Origin: Rebecca billardiae RCC1528
Lineage: Eukaryota; Protista; Haptophyta
Direction of reading: 5' to 3'
DNA length: 64,000 bases
Assembly (NCBI GenBank): GCA_965240325.2
Contig: OZ251243.1
Span: 682,001 to 746,000, forward strand
Below are positions 12,167-24,610 of the stretch, piece after piece. Made by a program: the position numbers and the translations under genes. Each line of letters begins with the position of its first letter. Positions within the stretch are counted from its first letter, which is position 1. The notes under the pieces were generated by a model. That model had not been told where the DNA came from, did not search any database, and saw nothing but the letters and a program-made list of their open reading frames with translations.

Positions 12167-14021
12167 ATGGCCCGCGGTGCAGGGCGGAGCGCGCAGCGTG
12201 GAGCCCGCTCCGTGGGCCCTAACCACGTTTCAAAAAGATCTTTGATCAAGAAAAAAGGGACGGGGGACGATTTTCAGGGCTGGAGGAGACCGAGTTTCGA
12301 ATTTTGAGACCCTCTCTAGACACGCATTACGGAGAAAAGGACGCGCCCACGACAAGTTCATATTAAAGCGTGGAGTGACGCCCGTCCAAAACACTTCATA
12401 CGCCCTTTAGGATCCCTAACGTAACGAACCGTTACAAGCGATTTTTTCGGCCAATGAGATTCAAGGAGCGACGACGTTTGATGATCAAATGTTGACGCCC
12501 CCCTAACCCAAGTTTTTTTTCTTTGATCGCGCAACCACAACGCAATGATCTTCATATACTATCTCCCTTGATGAATACTGGATTCGGCCCTCTGAGCTCT
12601 GGAGTCGCCTCGCCGCCTCGGCCACCGGCAGCCGACGAAGCGAACGGAGGCCGAGCGGCGGCCCGCTGCGGCAGCGCACGATCGTTCAATCCGACGGACT
12701 CAGCGCAGGTGCGCGCGGCTGCGGCGGGTATCCCGACGACGGTCGTCGGCGTCGCTTTCGTGCCCGCTCACCCCGTGCGCCCCGCCCTGCCGATCCCTCA
12801 TCGGCCCAGTCAGTGCGGTTTCCAACCGAGCACGACCGCGCGGACACCGGGACACGAATCGATGTCGACGCTCGCGCGCGGAGAGCAGTCGGCGACGGTA
12901 CGAGGAGGAGACCGCGGGGCATCCTAACGCGTGAATCCAGGCGGCCTACTCCGCAGGCGACAGCAGCATCGGGTGTCCCTCGAGTTCATCATGTTATTGA
13001 CTGCGCAGCCGTGAGCTGACTCATCGGTGAAGCCAAAGCCGCCGACGGTAGCGTACTCATCGGACGATGCTCCTCGTGTGTGATATTCTGGGTGCGAATG
13101 CGCATGGCGCGTGGGGGCGAGGCGAGTTTCTCGCTGTGTTTCCGCAGCTGACCATGCGCGCGCCCGCGCGCGCCACGCCGCACGCCGCGCAGCTGAACTC
13201 TCGGCATGTTCAAGCGCGGGCGGTCGCGAGGACGTCGGCGGTTCAGCCGCGTCTCGCCAAGCCTGCCATCTGGCAGATGATCTGCAGTGCGGAGCCTTCG
13301 CCTGATCCAGTCGGCGTGGTGCGAGCGGGTAGTCCAGTGCTTGCTGGACGTTTTGTCGGGATGTGGAGCAGCCACCACGGCCATCTCGCTCGCCCAAGCC
13401 CTCGCTCGCGCCGTCCATGGCCGAGCTGTGATGGCTCAATCCACGTGCGGCGTGCTGACTGCCACTGAAGCCTGGAGCCTCTGGCTGCCGACATGATGCA
13501 GCGCGGCGCGGCAAGCAGCGCGCGCAGATCTGCGGGCGACGAGACTGGGCGAGTCCGAGTCGCAGCACGAGCTGGACCACGCGCACATCTATTTTGCTCT
13601 CGTCCGCCGCATCCGAGCTGTCTCGAGTCTCGACGGCTTGACTGGCGCATGGCCATGGGCGGGCGTTTGGCGCGCGACTGCTCGGAGCTCGGACTGCGCG
13701 CCGCTGACCGTGAGCGGCGGCTCTCACTCACTCAGTGACTGAGAGCCAGCTCCGGCGCTGATGGGCACGACGGATGCCTGACTGCCTGACACGAGAGCCG
13801 CAGGCTGATCTGCGAGCGGCGAGTCCGCGCGACGATGGCGAGGTAAGTTAGTGGCATGTAGCTATGCGACTGGCCGGGGCGACGCTGTGTCCGTGGTGGT
13901 CCGGGACGGAGCGGGTGGCACACCGCACAGACTGTCAGACGGCCGGCACAGACAGACTCTGCATCGCGGGCCCCCACTAAGTTGGTTCTGACGGAAGAGG
14001 ACCGCGGAACGCGGTCCTCTT
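12167..14021 (+). mobile_element. Helentron/HINE-like non-autonomous element, copy E2
   Basis: 5' GGCCCGCGGTGCA (12169-12181), 3' TGCATCGCGGGCC (13960-13972), hairpin AAGAGGACCGCG-GAA-CGCGGTCCTCTT (13995-14021). Confidence 0.7.
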
Positions 14022-14352
14022 ATATATGCGCGATATTTTAATAGTTCGTCAGTCTTTCAGACGACGTCGTCGTGGCATGCCTGCAACGGCGGGCAGGCGT
14101 CAGACTCGGAGTCAGTAACTAGTAAGCTGTCACGACCACGTGATCACGAAATCCCAGCCCTGCGCCGCTCCGCTACAAGCAGTCGCGAAAGTCGACCAGT
14201 GCCACTGGTCGCGCGCGCTTCTCGCGCGCCCGCTCGTCCACTCACTCCTGCGCAAGAGGCGGAGCGGCGCGCGGCTTGCGCATGCAGGTAACTTACTCGT
14301 GCTTCCTCGCTCGGCTGCAGCTCGTGCCCGGCGAGTTGATCGGCCCTGGGGG

Positions 14353-15474
14353 CTAGCTCCCTCGCGCGTAAGGCACTCGCGACAACACATCCGGCGGCCC
14401 GGACCACACCGCGTCGAGGTGGTCGAGCAGGGCCAGGTGGAGAGGCTCCCACACCTCCGTGTCGCCGGTGAAGTGCGTGCAGTCCGGGCGGTTGCCGTCG
14501 GTGTGGAACGTGCTGTTTGCACCAGGCGCGCCCGGGTGCAACGGCATGGCGACGAGCGCGTCGAAGGCGCGCAGGATAGGCAGGTCTCCACGTGCGGCCA
14601 GTGCGGCGTCGCGCTTCCACCCGGCCACGGCCGGGTCGTATCGCGGCGGCAGCGGCGCACACCGCCCGTCGTTCCGCGCGGGGAGGAATGCTCCCCAGTG
14701 CCGCTCGATCGGAATGCCCGCGTACGCAAAGTGCTGCGGCGTGGGCTCGCGTAGCACGCAACGCATGGCGTGCGCGGTGCAGGCGGCGTCGGCCGCCTTG
14801 ACGACGAGGGGAAGGTGCCTCTGGTAGATGTGCTTGTACGCCGGCTCGAGCACCAGGAGGTCGAAGCTGTGCGCACGCGCCAACCTCACGATCGTCTGCA
14901 CTGCTTTCTCCATCCGGCGGAAGTATGAGCCTGGCAGGTTGATGTAGAGGAGGTTGTACGGAGAGGTGGCGTTCGTGCGACTCAGATGCATGCCGAGCGA
15001 GCTCGTGCGCACGTGACGTGGCAGCAGCTTCAGCTCGCGCTTGAGCATCTCGCCCCAGTACGCGTACGCAGGCTCGGGGCCGTACCGAGCCTCGCGCCAC
15101 TTCCGGTAGTACCCGCGGAATGGAAGGCCGACGTAGCACAGCAAGCTCTCGTACCATTGCTGCGTGATGGAGTCACCTATGAACATCACACGTCGGCGGA
15201 CCAGATGCCGGCGCAACCGGGCAGGGCCGTCGTTGCGAAGCAAGCGCGCCGCAGAGACGTACCGGCCGAGTGGCGCACGTGCAGGGCCGCTGGCGGCGCA
15301 CGAGCGGTACATGTGCGCGTTGGAGCAGCAACTCGGCAGCGCGACGAGCGAGCTATTCGCCGCATCATCGAGAGGCACCCACCACTCCGAGTGCACTGGC
15401 TCTAATGGCATCGCCGCTGCTGCCGTGCGGCGTAAGGCCGCGACGACGAACATCGTAGTCAGACCACCCTTCAT
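14353..15474 (-). CDS. TBL/PC-esterase (SGNH-like) O-acetyltransferase/esterase-like protein
   Basis: VMFIGDSITQQWYESLLC (GDS motif) and PDCTHF (DxxH motif); hydrophobic N-terminus; intronless. Confidence 0.75.
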   Translation of the reverse strand: MKGGLTTMFVVAALRRTAAAAMPLEPVHSEWWVPLDDAANSSLVALPSCCSNAHMYRSCAASGPARAPLGRYVSAARLLRNDGPARLRRHLVRRRVMFIGDSITQQWYESLLCYVGLPFRGYYRKWREARYGPEPAYAYWGEMLKRELKLLPRHVRTSSLGMHLSRTNATSPYNLLYINLPGSYFRRMEKAVQTIVRLARAHSFDLLVLEPAYKHIYQRHLPLVVKAADAACTAHAMRCVLREPTPQHFAYAGIPIERHWGAFLPARNDGRCAPLPPRYDPAVAGWKRDAALAARGDLPILRAFDALVAMPLHPGAPGANSTFHTDGNRPDCTHFTGDTEVWEPLHLALLDHLDAVWSGPPDVLSRVPYARGS

Positions 15475-16970
15475 CTCTGCGCAGGCGGGCTCGTCCTTGT
15501 ACCATATTGTACTGCGCCGGCAAGGGCGGTACAGTTTACTATGATTTAACGTGCACACTTGGTTAAGGCGTGATTAACGCAGTAGCGCCGGTCTGTTTTT
15601 CCGCGGGGGGGGCACGCCCGGATTTAACCGTGCCGCCCCCGCGGCTTTGTGCAACATCAAGGAGAGTCCGGACGCTTCTCGTCGCCGCCAAGTGCGGGGA
15701 CCCCTCGCGACGGCCGCGCCGCCGCACCCGAGCGTGCCGACCCGCGCCTCGCGTGCACACGCGCATTTGGCGGGGCGCGCGCGGAGCGCGCCGCGCGCGG
15801 GCGCGTCGGCCCGTACGCTCGGAGCCCTCTTCCGGAAAATTCCGAGCGCGCCGCGCCGCGCCCGTCGCGTCGCGCTGCGGCGTGCGCCGTGCACGCGTTC
15901 AGTTCGGCTCGGGTGCCGCGCGCCGCCGCGGAGCGGAAAGAGAGCCGGGAGCGGGTGCGCTGGCGCGGGCGGGGTGTGGAGGCACGCTACGGGAGTCTAC
16001 TTCTCGTGCCGCGCGCGCGCGCCCGCTCGGCGCCGTCGCTTGGCGCGGCCGTAGGCGTCAAAGCGTCGATGGTTGGCCTCGCTGTCGAGAACCGCGCTAA
16101 AGGGGGGGCCGCCGCCTGGGGGCCGATGCGGGTAAAACGCTTGACGAGACCGAGCACGGTGCTGACGAGACCGAATACGCACCGGCACCGGCCCATGGAA
16201 GCCCGCCGCGCGCTGCGGCCGCGCGCCGCGCGCACATCAGGCGGGGCGCGCACGGAGTCCGCCGCGCGTGGGGGCCTCAGCCAGTACGCTCAGGCCCCCG
16301 GGGGAAGCACATGCGACCTCGCCGCGCCGCGCCCGTCGCGCCGCGCCACGGCGTGAGCAGTGCGTCCCGGTTCGACCAGGGTCGCGGCGCGCGCCGCTGC
16401 GCGCTACCACTGGGGCGGATGGTGCGCACCGCGCGCGCGGGGGCGGCTGGTGGAGGCGGGCGGTGACGGCCTGGCTCGTCTGCCGCGCGCGCGCCGCCCT
16501 GCGTTGCGTCCTGAACTCTCCGTGCTCGCAGGGTGCGGATGCTGCACGAGAGCCAGTGCTGCCGTGACTGTCTGTGACGGGCTGGGCTGGGCTGCTAGGC
16601 GGCTGCGGGCCTCCCGTGTGGGTTGGATGCATGCCCGCTGCGACGCTGGCCGCAGGATTGCGTCCTCCCGCTTTGCCTTGCCCTTGGCAGCTGCGCCACC
16701 GTTGTGTGGCATGTGCTGCCAGGTGCCGCGCTCAGGTGGTCGGGCGGCAGCTGTCTGCCGCCTGCTCGCGCGAGGCTGGCTCCTCGGGCGGCTGGATGAC
16801 CACAATCGCGGATGGCTTGGTGCGGACGGGGTGGTCTTGGTCCCCTGTCTCAGCGCCAGCACGTTGCGGCTGCAGCAGCCGCAGGCGTGTCTGCTTGATC
16901 CGCTTGATGGGCTCCGGCCGGCAGCCCAGACTCCATTTTACCTCTCACATCTGGGCCTTGGGGCAGTGAG

Positions 16971-18030
16971 AGTGCACTCGAGCGAAAACGTGCCAGGCTA
17001 GGCATGCGCGGCCCAGTGCGGGCTAGGCATCGGGGGCGATGCCTAGCCCGGCCAGGCTAGGCATTCGCCCATACCCTCGCGTCGTCAGAACTTTCGGAAA
17101 CGAAAGTCGCGCAAAGCCAAAGGCGGCCCCGGTCTTCTTTCACGGCGGCGCAAGGGGCGCGGGGGCGCTGGCTCGCGATCCGAAGGGCAGTCGCTCGCGA
17201 CCTCGCTTGGGCGGCGGCAGCGGCGCTGCGGCATACTGTTTGCCACCCGCGCGGCTGTGTGCGATCGCGCGGTCCCGTTCGTCGCCACGCCGCGCGCGAC
17301 CGTTCACGGCACAGTCTTTCCGCACTGTGAGCACCCCTTGCCAGCGCACGGCGGCGGAGAGCCCAGACAGCCCGTCACGCGCGCGACGTCCTTGTGGGAT
17401 GCGATGTACTCACCCTAATGCTAGCATGCGCCTGCGTTTTGGTGAGCCTGTTCAGCATCCAGACCACTCTCTACTGCTGCAAGATGAGTCATCGTCTGCC
17501 AATCGGTCAACGAGGCATGGACAGCGCAGCAGTCGTCCATGATCCTCTTGCCCACCCCGTGGGCAAGCGCATGCCTCCGGGAACCCAAAGAACCTGGGTA
17601 CATCGCATCCCACAAGGACGTCGCGCGCGTGACGGGCTGTCTGGGCTCTCCGCCGCCGTGCGCTGGCAAGGGGTGCTCACAGTGCGGAAAGACTGTGCCG
17701 TGAACGGTCGCGCGCGGCGTGGCGACGAACGGGACCGCGCGATCGCACACAGCCGCGCGGGTGGCAAACAGTATGCCGCAGCGCCGCTGCCGCCGCCCAA
17801 GCGAGGTCGCGAGCGACTGCCCTTCGGATCGCGAGCCAGCGCCCCCGCGCCCCTTGCGCCGCCGTGAAAGAAGACCGGGGCCGCCTTTGCGCGACTTTCG
17901 TTTCCGAAAGTTCTGAAGACGCGAGGGTATGGGCGAATGCCTAGCCTGGCCGGGCTAGGCATCGCCCCCGATGCCTAGCCCGCACTGGGCCGCGCATGCC
18001 TAGCCTGGCACGTTTTCGCTCGAGTGCACT
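16971..18030. mobile_element. Foldback element with ~435-bp TIRs and 7-bp TSD
   Basis: 16971-17409 is the near-perfect reverse complement of 17598-18030. CAGTGAG is duplicated at 16964-16970 and 18031-18037. An alternative reading is GAG termini with a 5-bp AGTGA TSD. Confidence 0.9.
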
Positions 18031-18339
18031 CAGTGAGCTGGTGTCAGGTGTGGTGCGATAAACACCGAAGGCTGGTGGCAGCTTACTAATCAGAAGATGG
18101 CTCAAACAACCAGAGGTCACAGCACACCATGCATCGTGCCCGGACCGTGCGCGGTCCGGCAGTGCACAGACTCACAGTGGACCGGATGTTCTTCCGGGTG
18201 AGGCGGCACTCGCCGCCGCAAGGGGAAGCGCATCAGCAGGCGGCTCCGAGTCGCAGCTGCATCGCGTTGCGTTGCCCCCCGGGGGCGCGGCGACGGCCTC
18301 GGCGAGCGTGCCCTTGGGGCCGCAGCTGGGCTCGCACAG

Positions 18340-20780
18340 CGACATGGCCCAGTCCTCGTGGCGCGATGGCCCGCGGGGATAGGGCCTCCCCCGACCGCCG
18401 GCTCTTCGCGGGTCGGCGAGGGTTGCCAACAACCTGCAACCCTGCAACCGAGAAGCGCTCGTTGCATTCCGCGGCGCTGCCGCAGACGGTCGGGGCGAGC
18501 GTGCCCTCGGGGCCGCCGTCGGTGTCTCATGGAGACAGGGTCCAGCCCTCGTGGCTCGATGGCCCGCTGGCGCTCTGGCCTACCTCAGTCGGCCCTTCGG
18601 GAGTCTGTGAGGGTTGCCTGCAACCTGCAACCGGGAAGCTCACGCCGCATATCGCGGTGCTGCAGCGGACGGTTTGGGCGTGTGCGCCCTTGTGGCCGCC
18701 GCCGTTGTCTCATGGAGACAGGGTCCAGCCCTCGTGGCTCGATGGCCCGCTGGTGCTCTGGCCTGCCTCAGTCGGCTCTTCGTGAGTCGGTGAGGGTTGC
18801 CTGCAACCTGCAACCGGGAAGCTCACGCCGCATATCGCGGTGCTGCAGCGGACGGTCTGGGCGTGTGCGCCCTTGTGGCCGCCGCCGTCGTCTCATGGAG
18901 ACAGGGTCCAGCCCTCGTGGCTCGATGGCCCGCTGGTGCTCTGGCCTGCCTCAGTCGGCTCTTCGTGAGTCGGTGAGGGTTGCCTGCAACCTGCAACCGG
19001 GAAGCTCACGCCGCATATCGCGGTGCTGCAGCGGACGGTCTGGGCGTGTGCGCCCTCGTGGCCGCCGCCGTCGTCTCATGGAGACAGGGTCCAGCCCTCG
19101 TGGCTCGATGGCCCGCTGGTGCTCTGGCCTACCTCAGTCGGTCCTTCGTGAGTCGGTGAGGGTTGCCTGCACCTGCAACCGGGAAGCTCACGCAGCATAT
19201 CGCGGTGCTGCAGCGGACGGTTTGGGCGTGTGCGCCCTTGTGGCCGCCGCCGTTGTCTCATGGAGACAGGGTCCAGCCCTCGTGGCTCGATGGCCCGCTG
19301 GTGCTCTGGCCTGCCTCAGTCGGCTCTTCGTGAGTCGGTGAGGGTTGCCTGCAACCTGCAACCGGGAAGCTCACGCCGCATATCGCGGTGCTGCAGCGGA
19401 CGGTCTGGGCGTGTGCGCCCTCGTGGCCGCCGCCGTCGTCTCATGGAGACAGGGTCCAGCCCTCGTGGCTCGATGGCCCGCTGGTGCTCTGGCCTACCTC
19501 AGTCGGTCCTTCGTGAGTCGGTGAGGGTTGCCTGCACCTGCAACCGGGAAGCTCACGCAGCGTACAGCTGTGCTGCAGCGGCCGGTTTGGGTGTGTGTGC
19601 CCTTGTGGCCGCCGCCGTTGTCTCATGGAGACAGGGTCCAGCCCTCGTGGCTCGATGGCTCGCTGGTGCTCTGGCCTGCCTCAGTCGGCTCTTCGTGAGT
19701 CGGTGAGGGTTGCCTGCAACCTGCAACCGGGAAGCTCACGCCGCATATCGCGGTGCTGCAGCGGACGGTTTGGGCGTGTGCGCCCTTGTGGCCGCCGCCG
19801 TTGTCTCATGGAGACAGGGTCCAGCCCTCGTGGCTCGATGGCCCGCTGGTGCTCTGGCCTGCCTCAGTCCCGGGCTCTTCGTGAGTCGGTGAGGGTTGCC
19901 TGCAACCGCCTGCAACCTGGAAGCTCACGCAGCATTACATTGCGGTGCTGAGGCGCGGCGGACGGTCTGGGCGTGTGTGCCCTGGTGGCCGCCGGCGCCG
20001 TTCGGTCTCATGCTGAGACACGCGGGCGGTCCCGGCAGGCCCGTGTGGCTCGATGGCCCGCTGATGCTCGGGCCTACCTCAGTCCCGGGCTCTTCGTAAG
20101 TCGGTGAGGGCGTTGCCTGCAACCGCCTGCAACCCCTGGAAGCTCACGCTAACACGCAGCACATTGCGCGGTGCTGTTCGGCGCGCGGACGGTCTGGGCG
20201 TGTGCGCCCTGGTGGCCACCGCCATCATGTCTCATGGAGACAGGGTCCAGTCATCTTGGCTTGATGGCCCGCTGGTGCTCGGGCCTCCCTCAGTCGGCTC
20301 TTCGTGAGTCGTCGGTGAGGGTTGCCTGCAGCCTTTATACCTCATTCGACCCTTCGTGCGTCTGTGAGGGTTGCATGCCTGCGACTTGCAGCTGAAAAGC
20401 TCGCGCAGCATCACTGCAGCATGCAGCGGTGGCTGCAGCTTACGGTCTGGGCCGATGAGTGTGCCCTCGTGGCAGCTGCGTTGTCTCATGGAGACAGGGC
20501 CCAGCCCTCATGGCTCGATGGCCAGCTGGTGCTCTGGCCTCCCTCAGTCGGCCCTCCGGGAGTCGGTGAGGCTGGCCGAGTGCAGCCTGCAACCAGGACT
20601 GGCTCACGCTGCATACTGAAGCTGGGCTGCAGCGGGCGCGGGTCCGGTCCGAGTGGGCGTGTGCGCCCTCTGGGCAGTTATCTCCTCATGGAGATAGGTT
20701 TCAGCCCTCGTGGCTCGATGGCCAGCTGGTGCTCGGGCCTACCTCACTCGGCTCTTCGTGAGTCGGTGAGGGGTGCCTGC
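18340..20780. repeat. 183-bp tandem satellite, ~13 units
   Basis: TCTCATGGAGACAGGGTCCAGCCCTCGTGG recurs at about 18525, 18708, 18891, 19074, 19256, 19439, 19621 and 19804, then in degenerate units to ~20780. Confidence 0.95.
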
Positions 20781-21859
20781 ATCAAGGCTCGAGCAGTTCG
20801 CGTGCGCTGGACTGACTCGTGCGCACTAGCGGTGGGGCATGCCATTGCGCACACCGGCGGTCAATGGACCGACTCGCCAGCGGGGAGGCAGGACTACTCG
20901 AACAAGGGACTGCCCCCGCTGCCGCAGCCAGTGCCAGCAGTGGCACTGGCAGCGCAGATAGCACCTGATGGTGCTATCTGGCCGGTGATGGCCATCAGGC
21001 GCGCATGCTCCACTGATGCATGCGGCACTGTGCTGCATCATACATACTATGCAGCGAGCAGGCCAGAAGTGGCCGAGCAGACCTCTGCAGTCTCCCTGTG
21101 CGCCATCTGAGGCAGCGATGGGAAGGGATGACGCCGGGTGCGGGCAACCGCAGTGGCCAGGAGGGCAATCAATGGGGCTAGGGCGGCCACACGCCCGCAC
21201 TCACACCCAGCCGACGCGGCTGCTGCCGACAGCGCAGCGCCGGTCGGCAGGATGAATGCGGGCGGAGGGGCCGTCCGTTCCTGGCAATGCCTCATCCCTC
21301 TAATCCCATGCAAGCCTCCGCTTAAGGCGGCAGGCAAGGCATAGGGTCTGCTCATCTCTATTCCATATGCTGATCATCAGCAGTTGGATAAGTGATATGG
21401 TTGATTGGCTGACAGCCACGTCAGCGCCGCCGTTGAGGCCCATTTGAGATGGGCAGCGCAGCTGACTCAGTCAGGGGACCTGGTTGACCCAGATGCCTGA
21501 TTAGTGGTGCGATAAACACCGAAGGCTGGTGGCAGCTTACTAATCAGAAGATGGCTCAAACAACCAGAGGTCACAGCACACCATGCATCGTGCCCGGACC
21601 GTGCGCGGTCCGGCAGTGCACAGACTCACAGTGGACCGGATGTTCTTCCGGGTGAGGCGGCACTCGCCGCCGCAAGGGGAAGCGCATCAGCAGGCGGCTC
21701 CGAGTCGCAGCTGCATCGCGTCCCACCCAACCCACCCTACACAAGGAAGCTGCAGTGCAGTCATATCGTCTACTCATCATTGGACGTGTGATCCCCACCT
21801 GAGTCTGACCCTGCCTTGCGCTTCCCGCGGCCGTCGCCAGCCTTCGGCTTTGCTTCTGC

Positions 21860-22744
21860 TGCACATGGAGGAAGCGGCACCCCACCTTGGGGCAGCTGCC
21901 GCTCCGCTGGAACGAGTGGCACACGCCCGTGACTGGTCGTCTCGGAGCGCTGGCACGAGGGCCGTGTCGTTCACCTCGTCCAGCACCATGTGCTCAGGGA
22001 GCAGGGCACGCGCACTGCTCACGCCCCTCCGGCGATGGCACGGATGCCCCGGCGGCGAGGACGTCCGAGAACTGCGGGAACGGCGGCACTTGGCCGCCGG
22101 AGATCTCTCCGAGTGCCCGGGGAGCTTCTTCGAGGCGTTGAGCGGCCCGGGCAGCAGGACGATCGAGACGGTCTGGTCGTTGACAAGGTGGGCCTCCTGC
22201 CACACGCAGCCTTTGGTCAGCAGCTGCTGGGGCTTCTCGTCCTTCGTGGGCCGCGATGGCTCCCGCCGGAGCCGAGGCGCCTCGTCACGCGGCGGCGGCA
22301 GTGTTGCGGGCGCCAACGTCGGCATGGCGGCGGCGGTGATCGTTGACATCTCCCGCTGCTCCGCCGACCGATCGGCTGATCGTCACTTCGACTTGGCCGT
22401 TGCGGGCGGCCAGCGTCGCGCTCTCGAAGGCGTCCGCCCACGGGCCGTCGCCCGGGGCGGGCGCCGTCCTCAGCGTCTCGATCACCTGGTTCGTCAGGCC
22501 GCGGTCGCTCTCGGCGCCGGCGACCCCGAGCAGCTGCAGCAGGCGGCAGGCCGCGTGCCCGCAGCCCCTGACGGCAGCAGCGCGGCGGGCCGCGCGTGCG
22601 CGACGCACCCGGCGCCGGCTCGGCGCCGGTGGCGTCCAAGGCGAGTTTCACCGCCGCCACCGCGTTCGCGCGAGCGCGCGCCACTGCGGCCGCCAATTCG
22701 TCGGGCGCCAGCGGCGCGTCGGCGGGGTTGGGGACGGCTGCCAT
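21860..22744 (-). pseudogene. Disrupted gag-like ORF with CCCH zinc finger
   Basis: CHSFQRSGSCPKVGCRFLH (C-x8-C-x4-C-x3-H) at ~21870-21925, with Ala-rich frames broken by frameshifts upstream. Confidence 0.45.
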
Positions 22745-22859
22745 CGGGGCGCTCGTTGCGCGGCGGCTGATTTCCCGCCCGCGGCCCCGGCCGCACGGTG
22801 ACCCTGCGCACCCCGGACACCCGGGGTCTTTCGGTCCCGGATCGGCCGTCCGCACATGC

Positions 22860-24610
22860 GGCATGGCGGCCGGTGAGTTCGGCGTCGCAGCGGACGCACA
22901 GCGCCGGGAGGCGGTGCGCGCGCAACGCGACGTTATGCGCCGGCCGCCCGTCCACCAGGCGGCGACGTCGGTCATCCCAGGCCTGGTGGTGGCCACCGCA
23001 TACCAGCGGCCGACGCTCAAGCAGCAGCAGTGGCACTCCCAGGATCGAGGCCGCGTGCCAGATGGAGCACCCCTTCAACGCGCCTGTGCTCGGCCTGGCA
23101 CTCGACATGCGCGCGGCGGCCTCGTGGATCTGTGCACCAAGAGGCACCTCGGTCCACGACGCCCGACTGGCTTGGTTCCACACCGTGAGAGGTGGCGGAC
23201 AGCCTGTCTGGCTGGTCGGCTGAACTGCGTCAGCTCGGACCGGGTTCCATCCGCCGACCCGAGCGGGTCTTCGGAACGCGGAATGGTAAGACCGTCGGCA
23301 AGCCCCATGTGGCTTTCATCTGGTCTGCGGTGTCCAGTGCGTGGGCAATTGCGCGGACAGCGGAGTCTTCCGAGCAGATGCGCAGCACGCCTGCCTCCGC
23401 ATGGCGGACCTGGATCACGCCGGGTGGGATGCGGCGGTGGAGGAGCAACTCCAATCCCAGGCTGCCGGCGCCGCTCACGCAGACGTCCTTGAAGCACTGT
23501 GGGCCCACACCCAGCAGGAGGTGCAGGACTGATGGGCGGCGGAGATCGGCTCGTCGCCAGACGTCGATCGCCTCTTCGGCAGGCACAAGTGGCGTGCCCA
23601 TAATCCGCCGCGGGGTGCCACAAGGCGGCAGGGTCAGCCCATGCGACAACGCCAAGGCCTCCTTGCACAACTCGTGTACAACGTTGCACGAACGGCTTCG
23701 GTGCACCTTGGGCGATTTCCCGGCAGGGGCGGCTGCCCTGTTCAGCGACGTGCTGGGACAGCTGGGCCACTCTGGATGGTCTATGATGCTGGGCATCGAG
23801 GACATGGAAGCAGGGTATCGCCTGATCCAGTGCTCTCAGCCACGATTCACGTTGCTCGCGCACTGGGACCCATTCCGCTGACGTGTGGTGTTCTTTCGCC
23901 TCCAGGGGTCAACTCTGGCCTGAAGAGCGCGGTCATCCAATTCAATCGCCTGGCTGAGTTCGTCACCAGGGTCGCAGTGCTGGCGCTTCCCATCTGTGTG
24001 GGGCACTACTTTGAGTAGGACTTTGCTGTGTGTGAGCCCACCTTTGCGAAAGGAGGGCAGGGGCTGCTGGTGGACCTGGGCCTCCTTATGGGCTTCCAGG
24101 TCAACCAGGCCAAGTCTGGTGAAAACCTTCCTAAGGGTCATACACGACTTCTCTGCTTTTGCTCGCAGCGGCGAGCTCAGGTGCAGCGTGCATGCTGACA
24201 GGATCTCTTTGCTGGTGGATACCATCGAATCCATCCTTGCAGCAGGTTGCATTGCCAAACAGTCGGACATGGGCAGCCTTCTGGGCAAGCTGCAGTGGGC
24301 TTCTTACCGCTTCTGCAGGGCCGCCCTGCAGCCTCTGTTCAGCAGGGCTCTCTCTGGGAAGGATCACTTCCAGCACTAGTCAGGGGCAGTGATGGACTCT
24401 CGCCGATCTATGGCCTCTCTCCTATTCATGGCCGTCATGCTGGGGGCCCTGCGCCCCCGGGTCTTCCGCTTCCGAAAGCACAGGCTCGTCAACACGAGTG
24501 CCTTGGCAGGTCTGCTCACTGGCTACTCTGGTGTGCGCGACTCGGCCCACATTGTGCACTCGTTCTGGGCCTTGGCAGCTGCTTTGCGCTGTGAGGTCTG
24601 GTCGACTATG
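22860..24610 (+). pseudogene. Degenerate DIRS-type RT/RNase H
   Basis: QGGRVSPCDNAKASLHN, GIEDMEAGYR, GLKSAVIQFNRLAEF, GHYFE* (decayed YxDD), SLLGKLQWAS, NTSALAGLLTGYSG..HSFWALAA..CEVW. Multiple stops and frameshifts. Confidence 0.8.

Noticed and set aside
10191-13977. Many 100-400-aa Arg/Ala-rich ORFs inside E1 and E2 (likewise 29879-32541)
   Set aside because: No recognisable motifs; expected by chance at this GC content; sister copies differ by frameshifts.
18340-20780. CRISPR-like array (also 9978-10252)
   Set aside because: Whole units repeat with no unique spacers; the context is eukaryotic and no cas genes are present.
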